Below are positions 43,062 to 53,519 of a DNA stretch of 64,000 bases, in pieces; the first letter of the stretch is position 1; every line of letters starts with the position of its first letter. Made by a program: the position numbers and the translations under genes. The notes under the pieces are model-generated. The model was not told the DNA's origin, did not search any database, and saw only the letters and a program-made list of their open reading frames with translations. The stretch is from Bacteroidales bacterium (GTDB lineage: Bacteria; Bacteroidota; Bacteroidia; Bacteroidales; VadinHA17): the NCBI GenBank assembly GCA_038252165.1, contig JBBSAP010000006.1, positions 4,675 to 68,674 of the forward strand. The letters are read 5' to 3'.

Positions 43062-43067
43062 CTGTTG

Positions 43068-44921
43068 TTATTTTGCTAAGATCATATTATTATTCAAACT
43101 ACTTGAAACACTAACTTTTACTGATCCGGCAAATTCAGGGATCTCAACCAATCGTTGAGTAATTTTTTTATTTTCCTCTGTAAACAGGTAAGCATAGGTT
43201 TTTGTATCCGCCGAACCATTAAGTGTGATATCAATTCCTTTTTTATCTTTTCCAAGTATAGTTTCTGTTAAGTGAGAGGTTTTTTGGGATCTCACAATCT
43301 TCAATGCATCATCCATAGTTAGCATAATAGGATTAAAATCACTTATTCCTTTGGAGATGATCCTAAGTTGTTCCTCCCAGCTTTCCGGTTTGATCTTGTA
43401 GATAAAATCGGTTTCATGGGTAAACAAAACTGCCAGAGCCATCGATGAAAGAGCGCGTCTCAGCTGGCGTATCCCTCTTCCTGCAGATACTTCTGTCTGG
43501 TTATCAGGAGCCCATTCATAACCTGCATCGTCTCTGATTTCAGTTAAACTGTTAAAGAATTTCTTATTATTGATTTCGATAAAATCAGAATAGTATACAG
43601 CTTTTTTCCCGCGAAGTGCATCATTGTTGGTAACTGTCCCTGGTTTTTCATAAAGTCTGAACGGACCATTTTTTATCCATGGTATCTTGTCGGCATAAGG
43701 TGTATTTATTTCCTTGTTAATACCAATAAACTCCATTTTCCATTTATCCGAAACATGTGGTATAATATTACTTCCCATCTCATACCAGTGTGCAAGAAAA
43801 TACTTAGACATTGGCAATGGCTGATTCGATGCGTACCATTTGTCAACAGCTTCAAGCCCTTGCACCGCCTCTTCATCACTCCATGGTTTTCCACCATTAT
43901 GGTCATAGTAAATAAACTCGTCATATGTTTTTGCCCTGAACGGAAGAGCATCCGGATTATAGTAAAACCTGCTATTTGTCTGGACGAAGTTTTCTCCATA
44001 TAAATTTTCAATCGGTGCATTATTCCCTGGCCGGTTAGGGCGACCAAGTGCATGTGGTGTCGCAGTTGCCATGTTGCTAAGAATATATCCGCGTAACTCT
44101 TCAATAGCAACAGGGCTAAGGTTGTAAATAAATAGGCCAAGCCATGGTTTGAATCCATATTTATTAGCTGTATTTATCCAATAAAAAGGCGATTTCTGCA
44201 TGAGTTCACCTCTTCCGGCAACATCGTCAACTCTCATTGTAACAAGAGGTGGGAGGCCACGCATAACAAATGGTTTCTTTGCAGCCCATACAATAGAACG
44301 CCAGAGACAATCATCAAGTCCCATCATTGGACCTATATATCTTGTTTTCATCCAATCCATCGAAGTGAATACAACGCAAGGGTTATTATTGTCACTAACA
44401 AGAAGGAGAGGCCTTCCATCAGCCTGGATAAGCGATGTCATCGGAGATCCGGAAACATTCCTGACAGGAAATGGTACTGAACTTTTAATAGTATCAGTTT
44501 TTCCATGCAATGATGTTATATAGTGATCTGTGTTAAATGATACTGACTTTGCATATGTTGTTGAAGCATTCATATCCGATTTCACAGATGGCCAGTCGGG
44601 ATCAAATGATATAAGACCGGCCCCTTTTGAAGTGATTTTTTTTATTATCTTCTTTGCTTTGCCAGGATCGTTCATGTCGTGCCCGATAATTATCAGAGAG
44701 TAATCTTCAGGCTTTGATGAAAGACGTTTACTATTGATATCCGCAACTTCATACACTATTCCAAAATGATCAAGATATGGTACAAGGTATTGACGTGTAA
44801 TGAGTGAAGCGGAGTCAGCATTGTCTACCATGACAAGTGTGATCATCTTTTGCTGACCCAAACAGGTAATATTCAGGCTTATTGTCAATACGACAATATA
44901 GAACCATTTTGATTTTTCCAT
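43068..44921 (-). CDS. Secreted hypothetical protein with polysaccharide-deacetylase-like (NodB/DUF2334-like) domain
   Basis: Signal peptide; GATase-like N-terminal region; TMRVDDV, TPHA and FTHE metal/acid motifs. Confidence 0.5.
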   Translation of the reverse strand: MEKSKWFYIVVLTISLNITCLGQQKMITLVMVDNADSASLITRQYLVPYLDHFGIVYEVADINSKRLSSKPEDYSLIIIGHDMNDPGKAKKIIKKITSKGAGLISFDPDWPSVKSDMNASTTYAKSVSFNTDHYITSLHGKTDTIKSSVPFPVRNVSGSPMTSLIQADGRPLLLVSDNNNPCVVFTSMDWMKTRYIGPMMGLDDCLWRSIVWAAKKPFVMRGLPPLVTMRVDDVAGRGELMQKSPFYWINTANKYGFKPWLGLFIYNLSPVAIEELRGYILSNMATATPHALGRPNRPGNNAPIENLYGENFVQTNSRFYYNPDALPFRAKTYDEFIYYDHNGGKPWSDEEAVQGLEAVDKWYASNQPLPMSKYFLAHWYEMGSNIIPHVSDKWKMEFIGINKEINTPYADKIPWIKNGPFRLYEKPGTVTNNDALRGKKAVYYSDFIEINNKKFFNSLTEIRDDAGYEWAPDNQTEVSAGRGIRQLRRALSSMALAVLFTHETDFIYKIKPESWEEQLRIISKGISDFNPIMLTMDDALKIVRSQKTSHLTETILGKDKKGIDITLNGSADTKTYAYLFTEENKKITQRLVEIPEFAGSVKVSVSSSLNNNMILAK

Positions 44922-44960
44922 TGTAAATATATTATGGGATATACAAATAGCAGGTCTTAT

Positions 44961-46583
44961 TTATTTGATATTTATATTTTTAGTGTTTTCAAAGTAGAAT
45001 TTTGCCTCTTCAATTGTCTTAATCTTTTTCCCGTAGAATGAAAGGTTTTCAATTGTTACATTTTCTACAAGGTGAGCTTTATCCGATCCGTAGAACACTG
45101 AAAATGGAATTGGTCCATCAACCACACTCACATTTTTAAGAGTTATGTCTTTAATGTGACCGCGATATTTCATTCGCAATTCTTTATCCTCACGAGGTAC
45201 ACTCATTACATTGTCCCATATACCATGTACATAAAGTTTGTTGACAAGTGCCTGATCACGCACACCGTCTTCCGAGTAAATAGATCTGAAAATTGCAAGA
45301 TCGAATAGTTTCTGGTCTGTTCCTTCAACTCTCAGGTTATCAACCAATATATTACTTACAACCCCTCTTCTTGCATTATGAATACTGAAAGCAGCCCCAC
45401 CTTCTGTATGAATAATATCATTATTAATAAAACTTACATTGCTTACATCACCAGACAGCTCAAAGCCTATTTCAAGGGCATTTCCCCAAAGTGCATTCCA
45501 AAAAACGCAGTTTCTTACAATTACACTGTCAACTCCGTATGCTGGTCCTTCAGGCAGAGGTGGAAAGGACTGATCAATTGATCTTGTCTGGCCAGGAGCA
45601 ACCTGAAGACCAGTATTTTGGGCAGAAGTAATCTGAGGTCTGGCATGACTCTTAACTGCAATACAATCATCTTTAGTATGGACAAAACTGTTGGTTACGC
45701 TCATATTTTTGGTACTTACAATATCAATTCCATCATCCCCGCCGTTGTCGCTGATTATTTTTATATTATTGATATTTACTTTATTACAGAGAGTGGGGAC
45801 TACGTCCCATGTTTTACTATTGTAGATTGTGATACCCTCTATTATTATGTTTTTGCATTCATTAAGAAGAATAAGACCGTTTCCACCACCTCTTCTGGGC
45901 TGATCGGTTGATGATAGGGTATGATTGAAGGCTTTTGCACAAGAGTCCATGAATTGTATTCCATATGAACCATCGAGAATACCCAGCCCTCTGATTTTGA
46001 CGTTACTTACATTCCTCCCCTTAATATTCCCTACAACAATTGCTCCGCCTTCAATGTATATCTGTTGATTGTCATTTAAATTCATAGTGCCTGGGTAATG
46101 AATCTTACCTGATTCAAAGTATAAGACATTCTTATCATTTTTGTCGGGCTTATTTTTTTCTGGCCCATTTGCAAACAGTAAGAGTGGAATCTTTATACTT
46201 CCATTCAGTTCAATGCTATACTGGCCAGTTTTTGTTATCCTTAAGGTTATCAGACTGTCACTATTCTGGAACAGTGGTTTTATTCCTGCAGATGTCGGTC
46301 TGACATCGACCCATTTAATATCACGGTTTAGAGATTTAATGGTAATATCTACCGGTTTTGTCATTATAAAGCTGCAGAAGGAGGCAGGAATGGGTGAAGA
46401 ATAAACCAAAGCACTTTTTCCGTCAATCTTAACGCTAAAATCCGCAGAGGGATTAAAAGTTACAGGGTTTACCGGAATGGAAACTCTGTTTTGAGCAAAT
46501 ACAGAATGAATCCCTATTAATATAACGCATACGAATGATAATGATCGTTTCAAAAAGTTTAAAGAGAGAGACTGATGTGCCAT
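44961..46583 (-). CDS. Secreted pectin-lyase-fold (GH28-like) beta-helix protein
   Basis: YIEGGAIV, GLGILDG, DDGIDIV, TKDDCIAVK, WGNALEIGFE. Confidence 0.8.
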   Translation of the reverse strand: MAHQSLSLNFLKRSLSFVCVILIGIHSVFAQNRVSIPVNPVTFNPSADFSVKIDGKSALVYSSPIPASFCSFIMTKPVDITIKSLNRDIKWVDVRPTSAGIKPLFQNSDSLITLRITKTGQYSIELNGSIKIPLLLFANGPEKNKPDKNDKNVLYFESGKIHYPGTMNLNDNQQIYIEGGAIVVGNIKGRNVSNVKIRGLGILDGSYGIQFMDSCAKAFNHTLSSTDQPRRGGGNGLILLNECKNIIIEGITIYNSKTWDVVPTLCNKVNINNIKIISDNGGDDGIDIVSTKNMSVTNSFVHTKDDCIAVKSHARPQITSAQNTGLQVAPGQTRSIDQSFPPLPEGPAYGVDSVIVRNCVFWNALWGNALEIGFELSGDVSNVSFINNDIIHTEGGAAFSIHNARRGVVSNILVDNLRVEGTDQKLFDLAIFRSIYSEDGVRDQALVNKLYVHGIWDNVMSVPREDKELRMKYRGHIKDITLKNVSVVDGPIPFSVFYGSDKAHLVENVTIENLSFYGKKIKTIEEAKFYFENTKNINIK

Positions 46584-46662
46584 TTTACTGTTTTTTAGGG
46601 TTAAAACATCTTAATCTTTTATTTCACGACAGATTGAAAATATTGTGTTCAATAAATTGATA

Positions 46663-47856
46663 TTATTGAGCGGTACTTCTTTTTAATAATGGTGTTTTTG
46701 TGAAGAAAAATGCATATAAAGTAATTATTGCGAAACAAAGGCAAGGCACTGTATAAGAGTAATTCACTCCAATTTTATCTGCAATCATACCCTGCAAAGG
46801 TGGGAAAACTGATCCCCCCACGATAGCAAAGTTCAGCAGGGCAGAGCCCTTTCCCGCAAATGCTCCTATATCTTCAATGGCCAGACTAAAGATTGTTGGA
46901 AACATTATAGACAGGAAAAATCCCAGGCTTGCCAGAATATATTCGTTGTAACCGGTATTAAGGAAAATTATCACCAGATAGCACAATATCATAGCTATAC
47001 CAAAAAATCCGACAAGTTTAAAGGCTTTAACGAAACGAAGAATGAAAACCGCGGTCAAACCCATGGCGGCGGCAAAAATATAGTAGAGTGTCAGATATTT
47101 GGCAGCTTCCGTTTCGGAAAGACCAACTACCTCTTTCAGGTAGGGTATAAAAAATCCGGCAGTACACGATTCAGCGCCTACATAAAAAAACATAGCAATC
47201 ACCCCGAAAAATAAATGCCTGTACCTTATACTTTCCCTGAACAACCCTGTGACTGAAAACTTATCTTCTTTTGCTGCTTTAAGGGAAGGCATTTTAGAAA
47301 AATAAATAAGAACAGCAATAGTCAGGATAACAACAGCAAGTAATATATATGGAAAATGAAACCTGATCTCACCTGAGGTTTTATAAATGAGAGCAGTTGC
47401 AACAAGGGGTGTGGCAGCATATCCGATCCTCGAAAATACCTGTACAAAGTTCATCCGGATATGTGCACCTTCAGGATCACCGAGCAAGGTGATAAAAGGA
47501 TTTGCAGCAACATTTATTATCGTAATTCCGCTCGAAAGTGTAAAAATTGCAAGTAGTACAAACAAATATGAATCAAAAAACTTTGCCGGAATAAATAGAG
47601 AACAGCCTAAAGAGCAAGTCGTAAGGGCGATGAGCAGACTTACACGGTATCCGTAGCGGTGGATCATCCAGGCGATTGGAAGAGGGAAAATAATATAGGT
47701 AAGATAAAACGAAAACTGGATCATTGTTGCCTGCGTGTAATTCAGTGAGAAATACTTAATGAGAGAAGGAAGCAGGATGTCGTTCATGCAGAACATCGAA
47801 CCTACTGTCAGAAAGACCAGGCAAAGAAGGATAAGAGGTTTATATTGATGTTTCAT
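46663..47856 (-). CDS. FucP/GluP-family MFS sugar:H+ symporter
   Basis: MNDILLP, QFSFY, AANP, FFYVGAE, SIMFPTIFSL, AIVGG. Confidence 0.9.
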   Translation of the reverse strand: MKHQYKPLILLCLVFLTVGSMFCMNDILLPSLIKYFSLNYTQATMIQFSFYLTYIIFPLPIAWMIHRYGYRVSLLIALTTCSLGCSLFIPAKFFDSYLFVLLAIFTLSSGITIINVAANPFITLLGDPEGAHIRMNFVQVFSRIGYAATPLVATALIYKTSGEIRFHFPYILLAVVILTIAVLIYFSKMPSLKAAKEDKFSVTGLFRESIRYRHLFFGVIAMFFYVGAESCTAGFFIPYLKEVVGLSETEAAKYLTLYYIFAAAMGLTAVFILRFVKAFKLVGFFGIAMILCYLVIIFLNTGYNEYILASLGFFLSIMFPTIFSLAIEDIGAFAGKGSALLNFAIVGGSVFPPLQGMIADKIGVNYSYTVPCLCFAIITLYAFFFTKTPLLKRSTAQ

Positions 47857-47870
47857 TAATCAGGGTAGAG

Positions 47871-49247
47871 TCACAGTTCAGAATCCAGTATTATTTCAAT
47901 ATTTAACAGGTTGCATAAATCCACCAATTCATTCACATAAGTACCGTATACAGCTGCAAAGTGCTGCGACTGAACGTGGTCAAGAACTTGTCTTACCGGA
48001 ACATCAGGATAAAAGGTAACACTTGGCCATGATGGTAGCGGAACACCCATTTCAACCCATTTCGGACGTTCTTTAGCTTCACCTGTGACAATATGCATCC
48101 TGTATCCTTCCTTTGTTTCAGATAAACAGGTCAGAGTCATTCTTCCTTTTTTCATGTTCGAACAATGTGCAATACCTTTAAGGAGAACAGTTTTGATATA
48201 CTTTATCTGTGGTTTTCCTTCAATAAAGTCGGATGGACAATAACCATCCTCACCAAGTAATATCCATTCAGGGTGATGTTCGTAATGTTCAATGAAAGTA
48301 ACCTGTTTTTCTGATATCCATTTAAGCATTAACTGGGCAACAGAGTTCCCCAGATCATTTTCATCAACGTACGGGTACCCGGCATCTGCAACAAGGGAGG
48401 AGGGAACAGCATGAGTCATTCCCATTTCCAGATCCACCCCATCGACACATTTGTATGAAAATGTGTCGAAGTTCTTTTCTTTGCAAAGTGCAACTGTACC
48501 CATATATAACCGTACTGCATTTTCTACGACGTATAAGTCGGGTTTTCCAAGCGGATATTCCCAATCTTTTGAAACTCTTATTGTTTCAACCTTTACAGCC
48601 TCGTCAGAAATTACATCCATCTTTCGCTGAAGCTGAAGCATATCCATGCTCTCTATTTCAGGCCCGATAAGATCACGTAATTTTGTCGGGTTTATCCCTG
48701 TTGAGTAAAGACCCATATCGTTATATCCGATTGTTCCAAGTCTTGCGTGGCGCAGTTTTTTCATAGCTGATGCAGCCCTGGCAAATGAGAGTATCCCTTC
48801 TAAATCCATTGGAGAGTCGGGGGCATTAAACAGATATTTGAATTTGATACCCCACTGCTCCATAGGAAAACGCAAAGAAGTGGAACCGGCTCCTGCAGCA
48901 GGGGAGATAAGTGTTCCCTTTTCCCCAAACTTTCCTTCATGGTCGGTAAATCCCCCAAAGCTGTAGAGTATCATTGGTTCATTCCTGAATTCGTACAGAA
49001 CCCTGAATACCCCACGGGTATCTATCCAGTTTATAATATTGACAAAAAGAAAATCCCATTCTTGTGATTTAAGTTCCCTTATTGCCCTTTCAGGTTCAGG
49101 GCCCTCGCCAAAAACCGGATCGGTAATGATTAGATCGAGCCCTGCTTCATGCAGTTGCTTTTCTGCCCGGCTGCTAATCATTTTCAGATTAGCCGGTTCA
49201 TAGAACATTGTTCCGAACGACACATATCCTGCTTTAATCTTTGTCAT
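47871..49247 (-). CDS. L-fucose/L-arabinose isomerase-family protein
   Basis: END metal motif (YVDENDLG), GRMTL...MHIVTGE, C-terminal QH(F)AAVYG. Confidence 0.75.
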   Translation of the reverse strand: MTKIKAGYVSFGTMFYEPANLKMISSRAEKQLHEAGLDLIITDPVFGEGPEPERAIRELKSQEWDFLFVNIINWIDTRGVFRVLYEFRNEPMILYSFGGFTDHEGKFGEKGTLISPAAGAGSTSLRFPMEQWGIKFKYLFNAPDSPMDLEGILSFARAASAMKKLRHARLGTIGYNDMGLYSTGINPTKLRDLIGPEIESMDMLQLQRKMDVISDEAVKVETIRVSKDWEYPLGKPDLYVVENAVRLYMGTVALCKEKNFDTFSYKCVDGVDLEMGMTHAVPSSLVADAGYPYVDENDLGNSVAQLMLKWISEKQVTFIEHYEHHPEWILLGEDGYCPSDFIEGKPQIKYIKTVLLKGIAHCSNMKKGRMTLTCLSETKEGYRMHIVTGEAKERPKWVEMGVPLPSWPSVTFYPDVPVRQVLDHVQSQHFAAVYGTYVNELVDLCNLLNIEIILDSEL

Positions 49248-49257
49248 GATTATAATA

Positions 49258-50550
49258 TTATTTTGATAACTGAGTTTTTACAAAGAATGGCAAATTGGCT
49301 GTGGAAAACTTTTCTTTCCCATCATACACGTAAACAAATAGTCTGTAAGGTCCTTCGTCAGAAGGAGCTGTAAAAGAGATTTCTGCGTCATTAAGCTTAA
49401 TAAGATCGGGAATAGGCTGAGGTACCTTTTCGCCCTGCCCGGCATAGGATGCATAATTTGCCTCAGGTCTGATTTCCCACTCATAACGCAACTGATTTCC
49501 ATCTGCATCGCTTGCAAAGGACTTCGCGTTAAACAGCTTGCCAGCTTCGAGATAGATACTTCTTATATTTTGGAATCCCATAATCCACATTGAATCAAGT
49601 AACGGAGCATGGTTCTCAGGCTCCTTCCCAAGCCAGAGACGGTGCATCACGTCGACTGTTGCAGATTCATACCCATTTTTATCGAACATACAGAACCATG
49701 TATGAGTTGTCTCCTGTTTAAACCCCGACCAGTAAAATACAAATTCGCCCAGACAGCTCTTTGATTCATTCATTACAGTAGTTCTGTATTTCTTTTCGTA
49801 GGTGATTGCTTTCTCGCGACCCGTTTGTTCATAAGGTGCTTTCCAATCAGTTTTTGGAGTTTCCCAGTAGCCATCGGTACCCCATTCCGTTATTACATAT
49901 GGTTTTTTCCAGTCGTATTTTTTTAAATCTTCCGGAATCCTGTACATATCTCCGTAAGTATTAATTCCCAGAAGGTCAAGAGCTGGACAACGTTTGGTAA
50001 TTTCTGCTATTTTTTCAATCATGCTGGTGCCTATTACAGTCATTACAGGGTGGTTAGGGTCAATAGCCTTTATGCTAACAGCTATATCGTTTATCGCATC
50101 CCATAGTTTCAGATTATACGGGAGTGTTCCGGGAATGTAGTCAAGTTCATTTCCGATAGCCCACATCAAAACTGCCGGATGATCTTTAGCTCCCCTGACA
50201 GTCGCAATGATCCTCTCTTTTTGTTTTTTTACTGCAGTGGTATCGCTATAGTTAAAGCCGCTTCTCTCGGCCCCGGCCTGGAGGTTTACAAGGACTTTCA
50301 ATCCAAGAGATTGCATCTTGTCGAGATCTCTTGCTCCTGACCTGATGGCATTTCCACCATGAAGAGGTATTTTTTCATAAAACTCATTGGCTACTGCACC
50401 TTTTATAAAGAAGGGTTTGCCGTCAACTAATAGTGTATATGAACCGTTCTCTGAAATAATTTTCACCTTTTGACAAATGGACGGATTTGAAATTCCTGAT
50501 ATTATAACCAGAAGCAATAATCTGACTATTCTGTGATATAATTTTCGCAT
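49258..50550 (-). CDS. Secreted clan GH-A glycoside hydrolase (GH2-type TIM barrel) with Ig/PKD-like tail
   Basis: LLVDGKPFFIKG, HPAVLMWAIGNE acid/base, KPYVITEWG nucleophile. Confidence 0.85.
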   Translation of the reverse strand: MRKLYHRIVRLLLLVIISGISNPSICQKVKIISENGSYTLLVDGKPFFIKGAVANEFYEKIPLHGGNAIRSGARDLDKMQSLGLKVLVNLQAGAERSGFNYSDTTAVKKQKERIIATVRGAKDHPAVLMWAIGNELDYIPGTLPYNLKLWDAINDIAVSIKAIDPNHPVMTVIGTSMIEKIAEITKRCPALDLLGINTYGDMYRIPEDLKKYDWKKPYVITEWGTDGYWETPKTDWKAPYEQTGREKAITYEKKYRTTVMNESKSCLGEFVFYWSGFKQETTHTWFCMFDKNGYESATVDVMHRLWLGKEPENHAPLLDSMWIMGFQNIRSIYLEAGKLFNAKSFASDADGNQLRYEWEIRPEANYASYAGQGEKVPQPIPDLIKLNDAEISFTAPSDEGPYRLFVYVYDGKEKFSTANLPFFVKTQLSK

Positions 50551-50570
50551 TTGAAGAAAGCCTATCTTAA

Positions 50571-51722
50571 TTAAACATCAATTCTTTTTCCTTTTTTGTG
50601 TGAAAAAAGTGCTGCAGTCATTAACTTATGACTTAGTAAAGTTTCTTCCGGAAGTACACAATTAAAAGGGATATCTGTTTTTCTGTCACTGAATTCCATC
50701 ATATATGCTCCAATCATTTGCTGAAAAGCATCTGAGAATCCTGTCTCAAAAATTCCCCCGGTTATAGTTGGAATGAAAGATTGTGATCCGATATCTGTCC
50801 TTGTCCATCCCTGTTCATTTCCTCTGGTTTCAAGGCAATAAAGCGATCGTGGATCGTGAGTAGTAAATATCATTGAACTTTCAGTGCCGTAAACTTCAAT
50901 AAACCATGTGTTGGTTTGACCAGGTGCCATCCTTTTGGTTTCAAGAACCATGGAAAATTCCTTTCCTGTTTGCGGATCATCGCAATGGGTTGTTAATACG
51001 GCATTATCGAATGTATGACACGGAACAATTTTACCTTTCCCGTCAGGACGCGTCTCTGCAATATTTTGTAAATCGGCAAATACCCATTTTGGTTTCCACC
51101 CCATGCGAAAAGGAATATGCTGGGTATGAAGACCAAGATCCCCAAGACATCCATATTCACCGTTGATTTCAACTATCCTTTTCCAGTTTATAGGTTTGGT
51201 AAGATCCATATCGCTTGAATGATGAAATCCACTCCGGACCTCAATCAGACGGCCATATTTTCCGGTATTTATCCAGTCAATAACGCGTTTTGCCCCCGGG
51301 AAATAAGGAAATTCAGAACTGCATCGAACTACCAGATCGGGTCTTTTTTTTATTTCTGCCAATATGCTAATGTTGGCTGCCAGATCAATACCAAAAGGTT
51401 TTTCTCCCAGAAGGTGTTTCCCTGCCAGGATTATGTCAGTATAAATCTTTTGGTGCAGGTTATGTGGTATTGCACAATAGATTGCATCAATCTTGTCAGA
51501 TGCAAGGAGTTCTTTATAATTGTTACAGGACACCTGAATGGTATCGAAATTATTCAAAAACCATGAACGGGCAGAATCGTTACTCTTATCACATATAGCG
51601 GTAATAACAGGCTTTGGGAGGTTGTCATCAAGTAAATGGCACCATCGTGCTACCGCACTGGAAAATTCTTTGCCCATGAGGCCCAGGCCAATGAGACCAA
51701 ACCTGATTTTATTTTGTTTCAT
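50571..51722 (-). CDS. Gfo/Idh/MocA-family NAD(P) sugar oxidoreductase
   Basis: GLGLMG, AIPHNLH, GKHLLGEKP, GCLGDLGLH. Confidence 0.9.
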   Translation of the reverse strand: MKQNKIRFGLIGLGLMGKEFSSAVARWCHLLDDNLPKPVITAICDKSNDSARSWFLNNFDTIQVSCNNYKELLASDKIDAIYCAIPHNLHQKIYTDIILAGKHLLGEKPFGIDLAANISILAEIKKRPDLVVRCSSEFPYFPGAKRVIDWINTGKYGRLIEVRSGFHHSSDMDLTKPINWKRIVEINGEYGCLGDLGLHTQHIPFRMGWKPKWVFADLQNIAETRPDGKGKIVPCHTFDNAVLTTHCDDPQTGKEFSMVLETKRMAPGQTNTWFIEVYGTESSMIFTTHDPRSLYCLETRGNEQGWTRTDIGSQSFIPTITGGIFETGFSDAFQQMIGAYMMEFSDRKTDIPFNCVLPEETLLSHKLMTAALFSHKKGKRIDV

Positions 51723-51783
51723 TATATTTAATTTATCTATCTGATAATTATTTATAAAATTGAAAAATTATTCCTGATACCTG

Positions 51784-53445
51784 CTATTTCTTAATTATAA
51801 TTGAATTGCTGTTGTTTGCTGTAATTCTAAATATACCGCCATTATTTAAGGCTTGCCACGTCCAACCTTCTGAATCTTTGATTTTTGTTTCAGAAAGAAG
51901 TTTATTATTAATTGAAACTGACTTTGGTTTTGAGGCTAATCTGAACACTGATCTGGATGAATTATCAAAGGTTGAATACCTTATTTCAGAAGTTGAGTAC
52001 TCAATGTTTTTAACAACTGAAGAACATCTTAACAAATGGTCTTCACTGGCAGGGGCCCATTCAGGAACAGCTGCCATTGCATCGGAAAAATGTCTTATAT
52101 AATCGCTGTATCCGTCAGAGAACCAGGCCCCTGGCCAATTGTGGCCTACCGCCACATAACCATCGGGCAGGCACATATAGCTGGCGTAGTTTAAATATGC
52201 GAAAGCCTTTTCTTTAAAAGTCACATCACCGGAGTACTCGTACCATAACGCGCATAGCGAACCAAACCTCGAAGAATGACTTCCCATTGGTTCATAGCAC
52301 CATGTCTGTTCCTTTATGGCATCAAAATCCTTATCCCTGAAAACCGATTCAATCCAGTAAATGATTGACTGTATATCAATTGGCAGGTTTGCATCTTTCG
52401 ACGGATTTTGTATAAGATATTTTCCGAGTTCACCAGGTGTTATCTGCAACCTGTTTGAAATTAGTGCATCATTAGGTATATCTTCAAAATATCCGTTCCA
52501 AATTGAAGTTTTCATTGGACCATTCACAGAAAACAGCCATTGCCAGGCAATATTTTTTGCATCTGTATATTTTCTTTCAGATGCTGAATCCAATTGAATG
52601 GTGTTTTTGATCCGCAGAAGTTCTTCAAATAGTTTGAATGGGTCAAGAGCATTAGAACAGTAATCAGAAAGTACATAACCGGTACGCGCATTTAGCCTGA
52701 AGGCCCATGGAGATTTGCCGGTTACAGAAGCGGCAAATTGAGGTTTTGAAGGGAGAACGTTTCGAACATGTTTTGCCAGAGCATTGGCGCAATCCAGACC
52801 TGCTTCAAGGTACTTCTTATCACCGGTTATTTCAAAGAAGCGAATATAAGCATATCCGAGTTCACCTACTTTATCAGGCTCAATCCCGTGAAGCCCATCC
52901 CCTCTGAACCCGTCATTTTCCCAACGTGTACCGCCCTGGTATACTTTTTCAAAAGCATCAGAACTGGCATAAGGTACTTTTTCCCATACCCATCCTTCAG
53001 GGGTAGTACCATTTTGTATCTGATAATCCAGCATTCCCCTAACCAACTCAATGTATTTAGCATCACCGCTGAATTGATAATAATTTATACCCAATGATTG
53101 TACACAACCGGCATAAAAACAAGCAGGATTGTGAGGCCAGTCTTCTGCCACGTATTTGTCGCCATTTAAGTCAGGTTTATTGAAACAACAGGTTATCAAA
53201 TAAAAAGGCAATCCGGTTTTTGAGTCTATGGGACAGGTGTTTATGAGAAATTCAGATGCTAGTTTCATAACATGGCTAAATGCTGCACCAGGTATCTCAG
53301 GTTTATACCACGAAAGCAGTTTTCCTGTACTGTTGCGGTTTACTTTATGGGTCAGGATTGAATCCTGACTTTTAGATTGCACCGTTTGTGCATGTGTGTT
53401 GCTTATACAGAATAGAAATAAAAGGGAAATTAATATACTTTTCAT
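51784..53445 (-). CDS. Secreted hypothetical protein, probable (alpha/alpha)6-barrel glycosidase-like
   Basis: Signal peptide; helical-hairpin repeats YQFSGDAKY, FEITGDKKYLEA, YEYSGDVTFKEKA; beta-rich C-terminus. Confidence 0.6.
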   Translation of the reverse strand: MKSILISLLFLFCISNTHAQTVQSKSQDSILTHKVNRNSTGKLLSWYKPEIPGAAFSHVMKLASEFLINTCPIDSKTGLPFYLITCCFNKPDLNGDKYVAEDWPHNPACFYAGCVQSLGINYYQFSGDAKYIELVRGMLDYQIQNGTTPEGWVWEKVPYASSDAFEKVYQGGTRWENDGFRGDGLHGIEPDKVGELGYAYIRFFEITGDKKYLEAGLDCANALAKHVRNVLPSKPQFAASVTGKSPWAFRLNARTGYVLSDYCSNALDPFKLFEELLRIKNTIQLDSASERKYTDAKNIAWQWLFSVNGPMKTSIWNGYFEDIPNDALISNRLQITPGELGKYLIQNPSKDANLPIDIQSIIYWIESVFRDKDFDAIKEQTWCYEPMGSHSSRFGSLCALWYEYSGDVTFKEKAFAYLNYASYMCLPDGYVAVGHNWPGAWFSDGYSDYIRHFSDAMAAVPEWAPASEDHLLRCSSVVKNIEYSTSEIRYSTFDNSSRSVFRLASKPKSVSINNKLLSETKIKDSEGWTWQALNNGGIFRITANNSNSIIIKK

Positions 53446-53519
53446 ATGTTGGTAATTTGATATAAAAGTAAATGGAAAATCAGTTTTAAGTTAATGAATT
53501 TTCAGGTTTTAAAATTAAG

